64,000 nucleotides of DNA from Eledone cirrhosa (Eukaryota): contig OZ024745.1 of the NCBI GenBank assembly GCA_964016885.1, positions 14,198,001 through 14,262,000 on the forward strand, read 5' to 3'. Position numbers and translations under genes: made by a program. A model generated the notes under the pieces. It was not told the origin of the DNA. It saw only the letters and a program-made list of their open reading frames with translations, and made no database searches. The stretch's first letter is position 1. Each line of letters begins with the position of its first letter. Of this stretch, positions 1 through 14,636 are shown piece by piece.

Positions 1-3000
1 GACACCAAAGCTAGCTACAGCCAAACACACAGAGTTAGCACTAGCGAGGTGGGCAGGTCAGAGACATAGGACACCAAAGCTAGCTACAGCCAAACACAGA
101 GAGTTAGCACTAGCGAGGTGGGTAGGTCAGAGACATAGGACACCAAAGCTAGCTACAGCCAAACACACAGAGTTAGCACTAGCGAGGTGGGTAGGGTCAG
201 AGACATAGGACACCAAAGCTAGCTACAGCCAAACACACAGAGTTAGCACTAGCGAGGTGGGCAGGTCAGAGACATAGGACACCAAAGCTAGCTACAGCCA
301 AACACACAGAGTTAGCACTAGCGAGGTGGGTAGGGTCAGAGACATAGGACACCAAAGCTAGCTACAGCCAAACACACAGAGTTAGCACTAGCGAGGTGGG
401 CAGGTCAGAGACATAGGACACCAAAGCTAGCTACAGCCAAACACAGAGAGTTAGCACTAGCGAGGTGGGTAGGTCAGAGACATAGGACACCAAAGCTAGC
501 TACAGCCAAACACACAGAGTTAGCACTAGCGAGGTGGGTAGGGTCAGAGACATAGGACACCAAAGCTAGCTACAGCCAAACACACAGAGTTAGCACTAGC
601 GAGGTGGGCAGGTCAGAGACATAGGACACCAAAGCTAGCTACAGCCAAACACAGAGAGTTAGCACTAGCGAGGTGGGTAGGTCAGAGACATAGGACACCA
701 AAGCTAGCTACAGCCAAACACACAGAGTTAGCACTAGCGAGGTGGGTAGGGTCAGAGACATAGGACACCAAAGCTAGCTACAGCCAAACACAGAGAGTTA
801 GCACTAGCGAGGTGGGTAGGGTCAGAGACATAGGACACCAAAGCTAGCTACAGCCAAACACACAGAGTTAGCACTAGCGAGGTGGGTAGGGTCAGAGACA
901 TAGGACACCAAAGCTAGCCACAGCCAAACACAGAGAGTTAGCACTAGCGAGGTGGGTAGGTCAGAGACATAGGACACCAAAGCTAGCTACAGCCAAACAC
1001 ACAGAGTTAGCACTAGCGAGGTGGGCAGGTCAGAGACATAGGACACCAAAGCTAGCTACAGCCAAACACACAGAGTTAGCACTAGCGAGGTGGGTAGGTC
1101 AGAGACATAGGACACCAAAGCTAGCTACAGCCAAACACACAGAGTTAGCACTAGCGAGGTGGGTAGGGTCAGAGACATAGGACACCAAAGCTAGCTACAG
1201 CCAAACACAGAGAGTTAGCACTAGCGAGGTGGGTAGGGTCAGAGACATAGGACACCAAAGCTAGCCACAGCCAAACACAGAGAGTTAGCACTAGCGAGGT
1301 GGGTAGGTCAGAGACATAGGACACCAAAGCTAGCTACAGCCAAACACACAGAGTTAGCACTAGCGAGGTGGGTAGGGTCAGAGACATAGGACACCAAAGC
1401 TAGCTACAGCCAAACACAGAGAGTTAGCACTAGCGAGGTGGGTAGGGTCAGAGACATAGGACACCAAAGCTAGTCACAGCCAAACACAGACAGTTAGCAC
1501 TAGCGAGGTGGGTAGGTCAGAGACATAGGACACCAAAGCTAGCTACAGCCAAACACACAGAGTTAGCACTAGCGAGGTGGGTAGGGTCAGAGACATAGGA
1601 CACCAAAGCTAGCTACAGCCAAACACAGAGAGTTAACACTAGCGAGGTGGGTAGGTCAGAGACATAGGACACCAAAGCTAGCTACAGCCAAACACAGAGA
1701 GTTAGCACTAGCGAGGTGGGTAGGTCAGAGATATAGGACACCAAAGCTAGCTACAGCCAAACACAGAGAGTTAGCACTAGCGAGGTGGGTAGGTCAGAGA
1801 CATAGGACACCAAAGCTAGCTACAGCCAAACACAGAGAGTTAGCACTAGCGAGGTGGGTAGGTCAGAGACATAGGACACCAAAGCTAGCTACAGCCAAAC
1901 ACACAGAGTTAGCACTAGCGAGGTGGGTAGGGTCAGAGACATAGGACACCAAAGCTAGCTACAGCCAAACACAGAGAGTTAGCACTAGCGAGGTGGGTAG
2001 GTCAGAGACATAGGACACCAAAGCTAGTCACAGCCAAAGACAGAGAGTTAGCACTAGCGAGGTGGGTAGGTCAGAGACATAGGACACCAAAGCTAGTCAC
2101 AGCCAAAGACAGAGAGTTAGCACTAGCGAGGTGGGTAGGTCAGAGACATAGGACACCAAAGCTAGCCACAGCCAAACACAGAGAGTTAGCACTAGCGAGG
2201 TGGGTAGGTCAGAGACATAGGACACCAAAGCTAGTCACAGCCAAAGACAGAGAGTTAGCACTAGCGAGGTGGGTAGGTCAGAGACATAGGACACCAAAGC
2301 TAGTCACAGCCAAAGACAGAGAGTTAGCACTAGCGAGGTGGGTAGGTCAGAGACATAGGACACCAAAGCTAGCTACAGTCAAACACAGAGAGTTAGCACT
2401 AGCGAGGTGGGTAGGTCAGAGACATAGGACACCAAAGCTAGCTACAGCCAAACACAGAGAGTTAGCACTAGCGAGGTGGGTAGGTCAGAGATATAGGACA
2501 CCAAAGCTAGCTACAGCCAAACACAGAGAGTTAGCACTAGCGAGGTGGGTAGGTCAGAGACATAGGACACCAAAGCTAGCCACAGCCAAACACACAGAGT
2601 TAGCACTAGCGAGGTGGGCAGGTCAGAGACATAGGACACCAAAGCTAGCTACAGCCAAACACAGAGAGTTAGCACTAGCGAGGTGGGTAGGTCAGAGACA
2701 TAGGACACCAAAGCTAGCCACAGCCAAACACACAGAGTTAGCACTAGCGAGGTGGGCAGGTCAGAGACATAGGACACCAAAGCTAGCTACAGCCAAACAC
2801 AGAGAGTTAGCACTAGCGAGGTGGGTAGGTCAGAGATATAGGACACCAAAGCTAGCTACAGCCAAACACAGAGAGTTAGCACTAGCGAGGTGGGTAGGTC
2901 AGAGATATAGGACACCAAAGCTAGCTACAGCCAAACACAGAGAGTTAGCACTAGCGAGGTGGGTAGGTCAGAGACATAGGACACCAAAGCTAGCCACAGC

Positions 3001-6000
3001 CAAACACACAGAGTTAGCACTAGCGAGGTGGGCAGGTCAGAGACATAGGACACCAAAGCTAGCTACAGCCAAACACAGAGAGTTAGCACTAGCGAGGTGG
3101 GTAGGTCAGAGACATAGGACACCAAAGCTAGCCACAGCCAAACACACAGAGTTAGCACTAGCGAGGTGGGCAGGTCAGAGACATAGGACACCAAAGCTAG
3201 CTACAGCCAAACACAGAGAGTTAGCACTAGCGAGGTGGGTAGGTCAGAGATATAGGACACCAAAGCTAGCTACAGCCAAACACAGAGAGTTAGCACTAGC
3301 GAGGTGGGTAGGTCAGAGACATAGGACACCAAAGCTAGCCACAGCCAAACACACAGAGTTAGCACTAGCGAGGTGGGCAGGTCAGAGACATAGGACACCA
3401 AAGCTAGCTACAGCCAAACACAGAGAGTTAGCACTAGCGAGGTGGGTAGGTCAGAGACATAGGACACCAAAGCTAGCCACAGCCAAACACACAGAGTTAG
3501 CACTAGCGAGGTGGGCAGGTCAGAGACATAGGACACCAAAGCTAGCTACAGCCAAACACAGAGAGTTAGCACTAGCGAGGTGGGTAGGTCAGAGATATAG
3601 GACACCAAAGCTAGCTACAGCCAAACACAGAGAGTTAGCACTAGCGAGGTGGGTAGGTCAGAGATATAGGACACCAAAGCTAGCTACAGCCAAACACAGA
3701 GAGTTAGCACTAGCGAGGTGGGTAGGTCAGAGACATAGGACACCAAAGCTAGCTACAGCCAAACACAGAGAGTTAGCACTAGCGAGGTGGGCAGGTCAGA
3801 GACATAGGACACCAAAGCTAGCCACAGTCAAACACACAGAGTTAGCACTAGCGAGGTGGGCAGGTCAGAGACATAGGACACCAAAGCTAGTCACAGCCAA
3901 ACACAGAGAGTTAGCACTAGCGAGGTGGGCAGGTCAGAGACATAGGACACCAAAGCTAGCCACAGTCAAACACAGAGAGTTAGCACTAGCGAGGTGGGCA
4001 GGTCAGAGACATAGGACACCAAAGCTAGCCACAGTCAAACACAGAGAGTTAGCACTAGCGAGGTGGGTAGGTCAGAGACATAGGACACCAAAGCTAGCTA
4101 CAGCCAAAGACAGAGAGTTAGCACTAGCGAGGTGGGTAGGTCAGAGACATAGGACACCAAAGCTAGCTACAGCCAAAGACAGAGAGTTAGCACTAGCGAG
4201 GTGGGCAGGTCAGAGACATAGGACACCAAAGCTAGCCACAGTCAAACACAGAGAGTTAGCACTAGCGAGGTGGGCAGGTCAGAGACATAGGACACCAAAG
4301 CTAGCCACAGTCAAACACACAGAGTTAGCACTAGCGAGGTGGGCAGGTCAGAGACATAGGACACCAAAGCTAGCTACAGCCAAACACAGAGAGTTAGCAC
4401 TAGCGAGGTGGGTAGGTCAGAGACATAGGACACCAAAGCTAGCTACAGCCAAACACAGAGAGTTAGCACTAGCGAGGTGGGTAGGTCAGAGACATAGGAC
4501 ACCAAAGCTAGCTACAGTCAAACACAGAGAGTTAGCACTAGCGAGGAGGGTAGGTCAGAGACATAGGACACCAAAGCTAGCTACAGCCAAACACAGAGAG
4601 TTAGCACTAGCGAGGAGGGTAGGTCAGAGACATAGGACACCAAAGCTAGCTACAGCCAAACACAGAGAGTTAGCACTAGCGAGGTGGGCAGGTCAGAGAC
4701 ATAGGACACCAAAGCTAGCTACAGCCAAACACAGAGAGTTAGCACTAGCGAGGTGGGCAGGTCAGAGACATAGGACACCAAAGCTAGTCACAGCCAAACA
4801 CACAGAGTTAGCACTAGCGAGGTGGGTAGGTCAGAGACATAGGACACCAAAGCTAGCTACAGCCAAACACAGAGAGTTAGCACTAGCGAGGTGGGCAGGT
4901 CAGAGACATAGGACACCAAAGCTAGCTACAGCCAAACACAGAGAGTTAGCACTAGCGAGGTGGGCAGGTCAGAGACATAGGACACCAAAGCTAGTCACAG
5001 CCAAACACAGAGAGTTAGCACTAGCGAGGTGGGTAGGTCAGAGACATAGGACACCAAAGCTAGCTACAGCCAAACACACAGAGTTAGCACTAGCGAGGTG
5101 GGCAGGTCAGAGACATAGGACACCAAAGCTAGCTACAGCCAAACACAGAGAGTTAGCACTAGCGAGGTGGGCAGGTCAGAGACATAGGACACCAAAGCTA
5201 GCTACAGCCAAACACAGAGAGTTAGCACTAGCGAGGTGGGTAGGTCAGAGACATAGGACACCAAAGCTAGCCACAGTCAAACACACAGAGTTAGCACTAG
5301 CGAGGTGGGCAGGTCAGAGACATAGGACACCAAAGCTAGCCACAGTCAAACACACAGAGTTAGCACTAGCGAGGTGGGCAGGTCAGAGACATAGGACACC
5401 AAAGCTAGCCACAGTCAAACACACAGAGTTAGCACTAGCGAGGTGGGCAGGTCAGAGACATAGGACACCAAAGCTAGCCACAGTCAAACACACAGAGTTA
5501 GCACTAGCGAGGTGGGCAGGTCAGAGACATAGGACACCAAAGCTAGCCACAGTCAAACACAGAGAGTTAGCACTAGCGAGGTGGGCAGGTCAGAGACATA
5601 GGACACCAAAGCTAGCCACAGTCAAACACACAGAGTTAGCACTAGCGAGGTGGGCAGGTCAGAGACATAGGACACCAAAGCTAGCCACAGTCAAACACAC
5701 AGAGTTAGCACTAGCGAGGTGGGCAGGTCAGAGACATAGGACACCAAAGCTAGCCACAGTCAAACACACAGAGTTAGCACTAGCGAGGTGGGTAGGTCAG
5801 AGACATAGGACACCAAAGCTAGCTACAGCCAAACACAGAGAGTTAGCACTAGCGAGGTGGGTAGGTCAGAGACATAGGACACCAAAGCTAGCTACAGCCA
5901 AACACAGAGAGTTAGCACTAGCGAGGTGGGTAGGTCAGAGACATAGGACACCAAAGCTAGCTACAGCCAAACACAGAGAGTTAGCACTAGCGAGGTGGGT

Positions 6001-9000
6001 AGGTCAGAGACATAGGACACCAAAGCTAGCTACAGCCAAACACAGAGAGTTAGCACTAGCGAGGTGGGTAGGTCAGAGACATAGGACACCAAAGCTAGCC
6101 ACAGCCAAACACAGAGAGTTAGCACTAGCGAGGTGGGTAGGTCAGAGACATAGGACACCAAAGCTAGCTACAGTCAAACACAGAGAGTTAGCACTAGCGA
6201 GGTGGGTAGGTCAGAGACATAGGACACCAAAGCTAGCCACAGCCAAACACACAGAGTTAGCACTAGCGAGGTGGGTAGGTCAGAGACATAGGACACCAAA
6301 GCTAGTCACAGCCAAACACAGAGAGTTAGCACTAGCGAGGTGGGTAGGTCAGAGACATAGGACACCAAATCTAGCTACAGCCAAACACAGAGAGTTAGCA
6401 CTAGCGAGGTGGGTAGGTCAGAGACATAGGACACCAAAGCTAGCTACAGCCAAACACAGAGAGTTAGCACTAGCGAGGTGGGTAGGTCAGAGACATAGGA
6501 CACCAAAGCTAGCTACAGCCAAACACAGAGAGTTAGCACTAGCGAGGTGGGTAGGTCAGAGACATAGGACACCAAAGCTAGTCACAGCCAAACACAGAGA
6601 GTTAGCACTAGCGAGGTGGGTAGGTCAGAGACATAGGACACCAAATCTAGCTACAGCCAAACACAGAGAGTTAGCACTAGCGAGGTGGGTAGGTCAGAGA
6701 CATAGGACACCAAAGCTAGCTACAGCCAAACACAGAGAGTTAGCACTAGCGAGGTGGGTAGGTCAGAGACATAGGACACCAAAGCTAGCTACAGCCAAAC
6801 ACACAGAGTTAGCACTAGCGAGGTGGGTAGGTCAGAGACATAGGACACCAAAGCTAGCTACAGCCAAACACAGAGAGTTAGCACTAGCGAGGTGGGTAGG
6901 TCAGAGACATAGGACACCAAATCTAGCTACAGCCAAACACACAGAGTTAGCACTAGCGAGGTGGGTAGGTCAGAGACATAGGACACCAAATCTAGCTACA
7001 GCCAAACACACAGAGTTAGCACTAGCGAGGTGGGTAGGTCAGAGACATAGGACACCAAATCTAGCTACAGCCAAACACAGAGAGTTAGCACTAGCGAGGT
7101 GGGTAGGTCAGAGACATAGGACACCAAAGCTAGTCACAGCCAAACACAGAGAGTTAGCACTAGCGAGGTGGGTAGGTCAGAGACATAGGACACCAAAGCT
7201 AGCTACAGCCAAACACAGAGAGTTAGCACTAGCGAGGTGGGTAGGTCAGAGACATAGGACACCAAATCTAGCTACAGCCAAACACAGAGAGTTAGCACTA
7301 GCGAGGTGGGTAGGTCAGAGACATAGGACACCAAAGCTAGCTACAGCCAAACACAGAGAGTTAGCACTAGCGAGGTGGGTAGGTCAGAGACATAGGACAC
7401 CAAAGCTAGTCACAGCCAAACACAGAGAGTTAGCACTAGCGAGGTGGGTAGGTCAGAGACATAGGACACCAAAGCTAGCTACAGCCAAACACAGAGAGTT
7501 AGCACTAGCGAGGTGGGTAGGTCAGAGACATAGGACACCAAAGCTAGTCACAGCCAAACACAGAGAGTTAGCACTAGCGAGGTGGGTAGGTCAGAGACAT
7601 AGGACACCAAAGCTAGCTACAGCCAAACACAGAGAGTTAGCACTAGCGAGGTGGGTAGGTCAGAGACATAGGACACCAAATCTAGCTACAGCCAAACACA
7701 GAGAGTTAGCACTAGCGAGGTGGGTAGGTCAGAGACATAGGACACCAAAGCTAGCTACAGCCAAACACAGAGAGTTAGCACTAGCGAGGTGGGTAGGTCA
7801 GAGACATAGGACACCAAAGCTAGCTACAGCCAAACACAGAGAGTTAGCACTAGCGAGGTGGGTAGGTCAGAGACATAGGACACCAAAGCTAGTCACAGCC
7901 AAACACAGAGAGTTAGCACTAGCGAGGTGGGCAGGTCAGAGACATAGGACACCAAAGCTAGCTACAGCCAAACACACAGAGTTAGCACTAGCGAGGTGGG
8001 TAGGTCAGAGACATAGGACACCAAAGCTAGCTACAGCCAAACACACAGAGTTAGCACTAGCGAGGTGGGCAGGTCAGAGACATAGGACACCAAAGCTAGC
8101 TACAGCCAAACACACAGAGTTAGCACTAGCGAGGTGGGCAGGTCAGAGACATAGGACACCAAAGCTAGCTACAGCCAAACACAGAGAGTTAGCACTAGCG
8201 AGGTGGGTAGGTCAGAGACATAGGACACCAAAGCTAGCTACAGCCAAACACAGAGAGTTAGCACTAGCGAGGTGGGTAGGTCAGAGACATAGGACACCAA
8301 AGCTAGCTACAGCCAAACACAGAGAGTTAGCACTAGCGAGGTGGGTAGGTCAGAGACATAGGACACCAAAGCTAGTCACAGCCAAACACAGAGAGTTAGC
8401 ACTAGCGAGGTGGGCAGGTCAGAGACATAGGACACCAAAGCTAGCTACAGCCAAACACACAGAGTTAGCACTAGCGAGGTGGGCAGGTCAGAGACATAGG
8501 ACACCAAAGCTAGCTACAGCCAAACACAGAGAGTTAGCACTAGCGAGGTGGGTAGGTCAGAGACATAGGACACCAAAGCTAGCTACAGCCAAACACACAG
8601 AGTTAGCACTAGCGAGGTGGGTAGGTCAGAGACATAGGACACCAAAGCTAGCTACAGCCAAACACAGAGAGTTAGCACTAGCGAGGTGGGTAGGTCAGAG
8701 ACATAGGACACCAAAGCTAGCTACAGCCAAACACAGAGAGTTAGCACTAGCGAGGTGGGCAGGTCAGAGACATAGGACACCAAAGCTAGCTACAGCCAAA
8801 CACACAGAGTTAGCACTAGCGAGGTGGGCAGGTCAGAGACATAGGACACCAAAGCTAGCTACAGCCAAACACAGAGAGTTAGCACTAGCGAGGTGGGTAG
8901 GTCAGAGACATAGGACACCAAAGCTAGCTACAGCCAAACACAGAGAGTTAGCACTAGCGAGGTGGGTAGGTCAGAGACATAGGACACCAAAGCTAGCTAC

Positions 9001-12000
9001 AGCCAAACACACAGAGTTAGCACTAGCGAGGTGGGCAGGTCAGAGACATAGGACACCAAAGCTAGCTACAGCCAAACACACAGAGTTAGCACTAGCGAGG
9101 TGGGCAGGTCAGAGACATAGGACACCAAAGCTAGCTACAGCCAAACACACAGAGTTAGCACTAGCGAGGTGGGCAGGTCAGAGACATAGGACACCAAAGC
9201 TAGCTACAGCCAAACACACAGAGTTAGCACTAGCGAGGTGGGCAGGTCAGAGACATAGGACACCAAAGCTAGCTACAGCCAAACACAGAGAGTTAGCACT
9301 AGCGAGGTGGGTAGGTCAGAGACATAGGACACCAAAGCTAGCTACAGCCAAACACACAGAGTTAGCACTAGCGAGGTGGGCAGGTCAGAGACATAGGACA
9401 CCAAAGCTAGCTACAGCCAAACACACAGAGTTAGCACTAGCGAGGTGGGTAGGTCAGAGACATAGGACACCAAAGCTAGCTACAGTCAAACACACAGAGT
9501 TAGCACTAGCGAGGTGGGTAGGTCAGAGACATAGGACACCAAAGCTAGCTACAGCCAAACACACAGAGTTAGCACTAGCGAGGTGGGCAGGTCAGAGACA
9601 TAGGACACCAAAGCTAGCTACAGCCAAACACACAGAGTTAGCACTAGCGAGGTGGGCAGGTCAGAGACATAGGACACCAAAGCTAGCTACAGCCAAACAC
9701 ACAGAGTTAGCACTAGCGAGGTGGGTAGGTCAGAGACATAGGACACCAAAGCTAGCTACAGCCAAACACACAGAGTTAGCACTAGCGAGGTGGGCAGGTC
9801 AGAGACATAGGACACCAAAGCTAGCTACAGCCAAACACACAGAGTTAGCACTAGCGAGGTGGGCAGGTCAGAGACATAGGACACCAAAGCTAGCTACAGC
9901 CAAACACACAGAGTTAGCACTAGCGAGGTGGGCAGGTCAGAGACATAGGACACCAAAGCTAGCTACAGCCAAACACACAGAGTTAGCACTAGCGAGGTGG
10001 GCAGGTCAGAGACATAGGACACCAAAGCTAGCTACAGCCAAACACACAGAGTTAGCACTAGCGAGGTGGGCAGGTCAGAGACATAGGACACCAAAGCTAG
10101 CTACAGCCAAACACACAGAGTTAGCACTAGCGAGGTGGGCAGGTCAGAGACATAGGACACCAAAGCTAGCTACAGCCAAACACACAGAGTTAGCACTAGC
10201 GAGGTGGGTAGGTCAGAGACATAGGACACCAAAGCTAGCTACAGCCAAACACACAGAGTTAGCACTAGCGAGGTGGGCAGGTCAGAGACATAGGACACCA
10301 AAGCTAGCTACAGCCAAACACACAGAGTTAGCACTAGCGAGGTGGGCAGGTCAGAGACATAGGACACCAAAGCTAGCTACAGCCAAACACACAGAGTTAG
10401 CACTAGTGAGGTGGGTAGGTCAGAGACATAGGACACCAAAGCTAGCTACAGCCAAACACAGAGAGTTAGCACTAGCGAGGTGGGTAGGTCAGAGACATAG
10501 GACACCAAAGCTAGCTACAGCCAAACACAGAGAGTTAGCACTAGCGAGGTGGGCAGGTCAGAGACATAGGACACCAAAGCTAGCTACAGCCAAACACAGA
10601 GAGTTAGCACTAGCGAGGTGGGCAGGTCAGAGACATAGGACACCAAAGCTAGCTACAGCCAAACACACAGAGTTAGCACTAGTGAGGTGGGTAGGTCAGA
10701 GACATAGGACACCAAAGCTAGCTACAGCCAAACACAGAGAGTTAGCACTAGCGAGGTGGGCAGGTCAGAGACATAGGACACCAAAGCTAGCCACAGCCAA
10801 ACACACAGAGTTAGCACTAGTGAGGTGGGTAGGTCAGAGACATAGGACACCAAAGCTAGCTACAGCCAAACACAGAGAGTTAGCACTAGCGAGGTGGGTA
10901 GGTCAGAGACATAGGACACCAAAGCTAGCTACAGCCAAACACAGAGAGTTAGCACTAGCGAGGTGGGCAGGTCAGAGACATAGGACACCAAAGCTAGCTA
11001 CAGCCAAACACAGAGAGTTAGCACTAGCGAGGTGGGTAGGTCAGAGACATAGGACACCAAAGCTAGCTACAGCCAAACACACAGAGTTAGCACTAGCGAG
11101 GTGGGCAGGTCAGAGACATAGGACACCAAAGCTAGCTACAGCCAAACACAGAGAGTTAGCACTAGCGAGGTGGGTAGGTCAGAGACATAGGACACCAAAG
11201 CTAGCTACAGCCAAACACACAGAGTTAGCACTAGCGAGGTGGGTAGGTCAGAGACATAGGACACCAAAGCTAGCCACAGTCAAACACAGAGAGTTAGCAC
11301 TAGCGAGGTGGGTAGGTCAGAGACATAGGACACCAAAGCTAGCTACAGCCAAACACACAGAGTTAGCACTAGCGAGGTGGGTAGGTCAGAGACATAGGAC
11401 ACCAAAGCTAGTCACAGCCAAACACAGAGAGTTAGCACTAGCGAGGTGGGCAGGTCAGAGACATAGGACACCAAAGCTAGTCACAGCCAAACACAGAGAG
11501 TTAGCACTAGCGAGGTGGGTAGGTCAGAGACATAGGACACCAAAGCTAGTCACAGCCAAACACAGAGAGTTAGCACTAGCGAGGTGGGTAGGTCAGAGAC
11601 ATAGGACACCAAAGCTAGCTACAGCCAAACACACAGAGTTAGCACTAGCGAGGTGGGCAGGTCAGAGACATAGGACACCAAAGCTAGTCACAGTCAAACA
11701 CAGAGAGTTAGCACTAGCGAGGTGGGTAGGGTCAGAGACATAGGACACCAAAGCTAGCTACAGCCAAACACACAGAGTTAGCACTAGCGAGGTGGGTAGG
11801 TCAGAGACATAGGACACCAAAGCTAGTCACAGCCAAACACAGAGAGTTAGCACTAGCGAGGTGGGTAGGTCAGAGACATAGGACACCAAAGCTAGCTACA
11901 GCCAAACACACAGAGTTAGCACTAGCGAGGTGGGTAGGTCAGAGACATAGGACACCAAAGCTAGCTACAGCCAAACACAGAGAGTTAGCACTAGCGAGGA

Positions 12001-12714
12001 GGGTAGGTCAGAGACATAGGACACCAAAGCTAGTCACAGCCAAACACACAGAGTTAGCACTAGCGAGGTGGGTAGGTCAGAGACATAGGACACCAAAGCT
12101 AGCTACAGCCAAACACAGAGAGTTAGCACTAGCGAGGAGGGTAGGTCAGAGACATAGGACACCAAAGCTAGCCACAGTCAAACACAGAGAGTTAGCACTA
12201 GCGAGGTGGGTAGGTCAGAGACATAGGACACCAAAGCTAGTCACAGCCAAACACACAGAGTTAGCACTAGCGAGGTGGGTAGGTCAGAGACATAGGACAC
12301 CAAAGCTAGCTACAGCCAAACACAGAGAGTTAGCACTAGCGAGGAGGGTAGGTCAGAGACATAGGACACCAAAGCTAGCCACAGTCAAACACAGAGAGTT
12401 AGCACTAGCGAGGTGGGTAGGTCAGAGACATAGGACACCAAAGCTAGTCACAGCCAAACACACAGAGTTAGCACTAGCGAGGTGGGTAGGTCAGAGACAT
12501 AGGACACCAAAGCTAGCTACAGCCAAACACAGAGAGTTAGCACTAGCGAGGAGGGTAGGTCAGAGACATAGGACACCAAAGCTAGTCACAGCCAAACACA
12601 CAGAGTTAGCACTAGCGAGGAGGGTAGGTCAGAGACATAGGACACCAAAGCTAGTCACAGCCAAACACACAGAGTTAGCACTAGCGAGGTGGGTAGGTCA
12701 GAGACATAGGACAC
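1..12714. repeat. 69-bp tandem satellite, about 184 copies, truncated by the window start
   Basis: Unit GACACCAAAGCTAGCTACAGCCAAACACA(C/G)AGAGTTAGCACTAGCGAGGTGGG(T/C)AGGTCAGAGACATAG. Unit starts at 2014 and 10501 differ by exactly 123x69. There are a few 70-bp variants (extra G) at about 190-1930 and 11730, and an abrupt end at 12714. Confidence 0.98.
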
Positions 12715-13276
12715 AGAAAGACTTCTAGAACTTCTATTTTCTGTCTTCTAGTAGGTAAAAAGAGAAGCGAAATTCAATACTGCATCTCTACGACTCCATC
12801 GGGAGTTACAAGAGTCTAGATACATACAGTAACATAATATACACACATACTTACATATATATATTCACCCACAACCACATACACATACATGTGTAACAAA
12901 CGGCTCAACATGATTATGTAAAGCTATAATCAAAGGCGTTCCTGCCGAGACCAACACGTATATGTTTCCAGTGTATCAGAAGCAGGTTGTTCCATTCATC
13001 GAACAAGTCCAACATTCCTCGTTGAAACTGACGAAGTATCATTCTATTCCCTTCCATACCAGGTGATAAATTATCGAATGCCATAGCTCTTCGATTAGAC
13101 ATTTCTTAAATTCAATACTGAAGAGTAATTTTACAGTGTGTAACTTATTTTAGAAATGATCATTCTAGAATATATCCTCACTAAATCCTTTCCATATTCA
13201 ACCGCCATAGGCCAATATATTCAACGATATCTATAATCAATGTTAGCGTATGATTATCAGTCTATGGGTGCTCGCG

Positions 13277-13288
13277 TATACACACACG

Positions 13289-13347
<59 letters not shown>

Positions 13348-13606
13348 ATATATATATATATATATTTATATGTGTTTGTGTGAGTGTGTGTGTGTATGTG
13401 TGTATGTGTGTGTGTGTGTATATATATATATATACACACACAATCCTAATATATATATATATACACACATATATATGTGTGTGTATGTGTGTATGTGTGT
13501 GTGTGTATATATATATGTATATATACACACACCAAATCCTAATATATATATATATATATATACACACAATCCTAATATATATATATATATATATATAAAT
13601 ACACAC

Positions 13607-13670
<64 letters not shown>

Positions 13671-13770
13671 TTATCTATATATGTACATATATCTATAGGT
13701 AATATGGTTATATGTATATGCATATGTATATATGTATATATCTATATCTTTCTATCTATCTATATATGCA
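13277..13770. repeat. Compound (CA)n/(TA)n/(TG)n microsatellite with recurring AATCCTAAT spacer
   Basis: Direct reading; it explains the YIYI/HTHT ORFs. Confidence 0.95.
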
Positions 13771-13851
13771 ATTCAGTCTTATCTCATGATCGTGTGTGTG
13801 CGCAGGCGAGATTCCACAGTAACAAGTCTCATTACTTATCCATAATAATTG

Positions 13852-13901
<50 letters not shown>

Positions 13902-14434
13902 GATGCAAATGCGTATATAGAAGTTTGTATATAAAAATGCCAGTGGTATGTCTGGCAATGTGACCTGAGGCAACATGGAAATCTTCTACGGACAGTTTGT
14001 TAAAAATATGTTCATTACATATCAAGAAAGAAAACTACAGAAATGTGGTCTCTACATGGACAATTACTCCTTATTAGGCAAGAATTTTGTTGTAACGATT
14101 AGAACTCTTTCACGTAATTGATACTTTTGTGAACCAGATGGAAGGAAAAGGGTAAAGTGATAAAGTTTGTAGTTCCCACCTCCTCAAGATTGGTGAGATC
14201 GATATGGTTTTGTCCAACGACTTGGCATCGTCCTTCGCAGGACGTGTTCAAGCCCTAGATAGAGGGGCATGTTCGAAAAATATGTTGCAGTCTCCTCTTC
14301 ATGCAGCAAAAACTAGCGATAGGCCTGCGATCTGTCCTGGGAGGTGTGGGACGGACGCACAAAGTTTGCGCATTCGGAGACCCTTAAGTGGCTCCGGAAG
14401 GGAGCAGACCTTACCATTAGAGCGTCATCTTAAA

Positions 14435-14636
14435 TACGCGACTGGGCTGAAAAGATCATAGGTTGAGTATGAAGGAGTGATGCTAGAGCTACGAAATCTT
14501 GCATGCATTAATTTCAACTCTTCTTATTAATAACTGCACTGTTTCTTTCCAGGGACTATAATAAAACATAAACCTCATTTAGTCATTCCATGAGAGTATC
14601 TTGGTCAGCCTATGAACTTTCCAGCCGACCCTCGTA
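14435..14636. mobile_element. Tc1/mariner-type MITE
   Basis: Degenerate left TIR TACGCGACTGGGCTGAAAAGATCATAGG and right TIR CCTATGAACTTTCCAGCCGACCCTCGTA, with TA ends; same family as 48689 and 57360. Confidence 0.75.

Noticed and set aside
10406-11743. 445-aa ORF as a protein-coding gene
   Set aside because: Satellite read-through; the start is a GTG created by one variant unit.
1-12714. Satellite as a CRISPR array or ribozyme multimer
   Set aside because: No unique spacers, eukaryotic context, and no hammerhead core on either strand.
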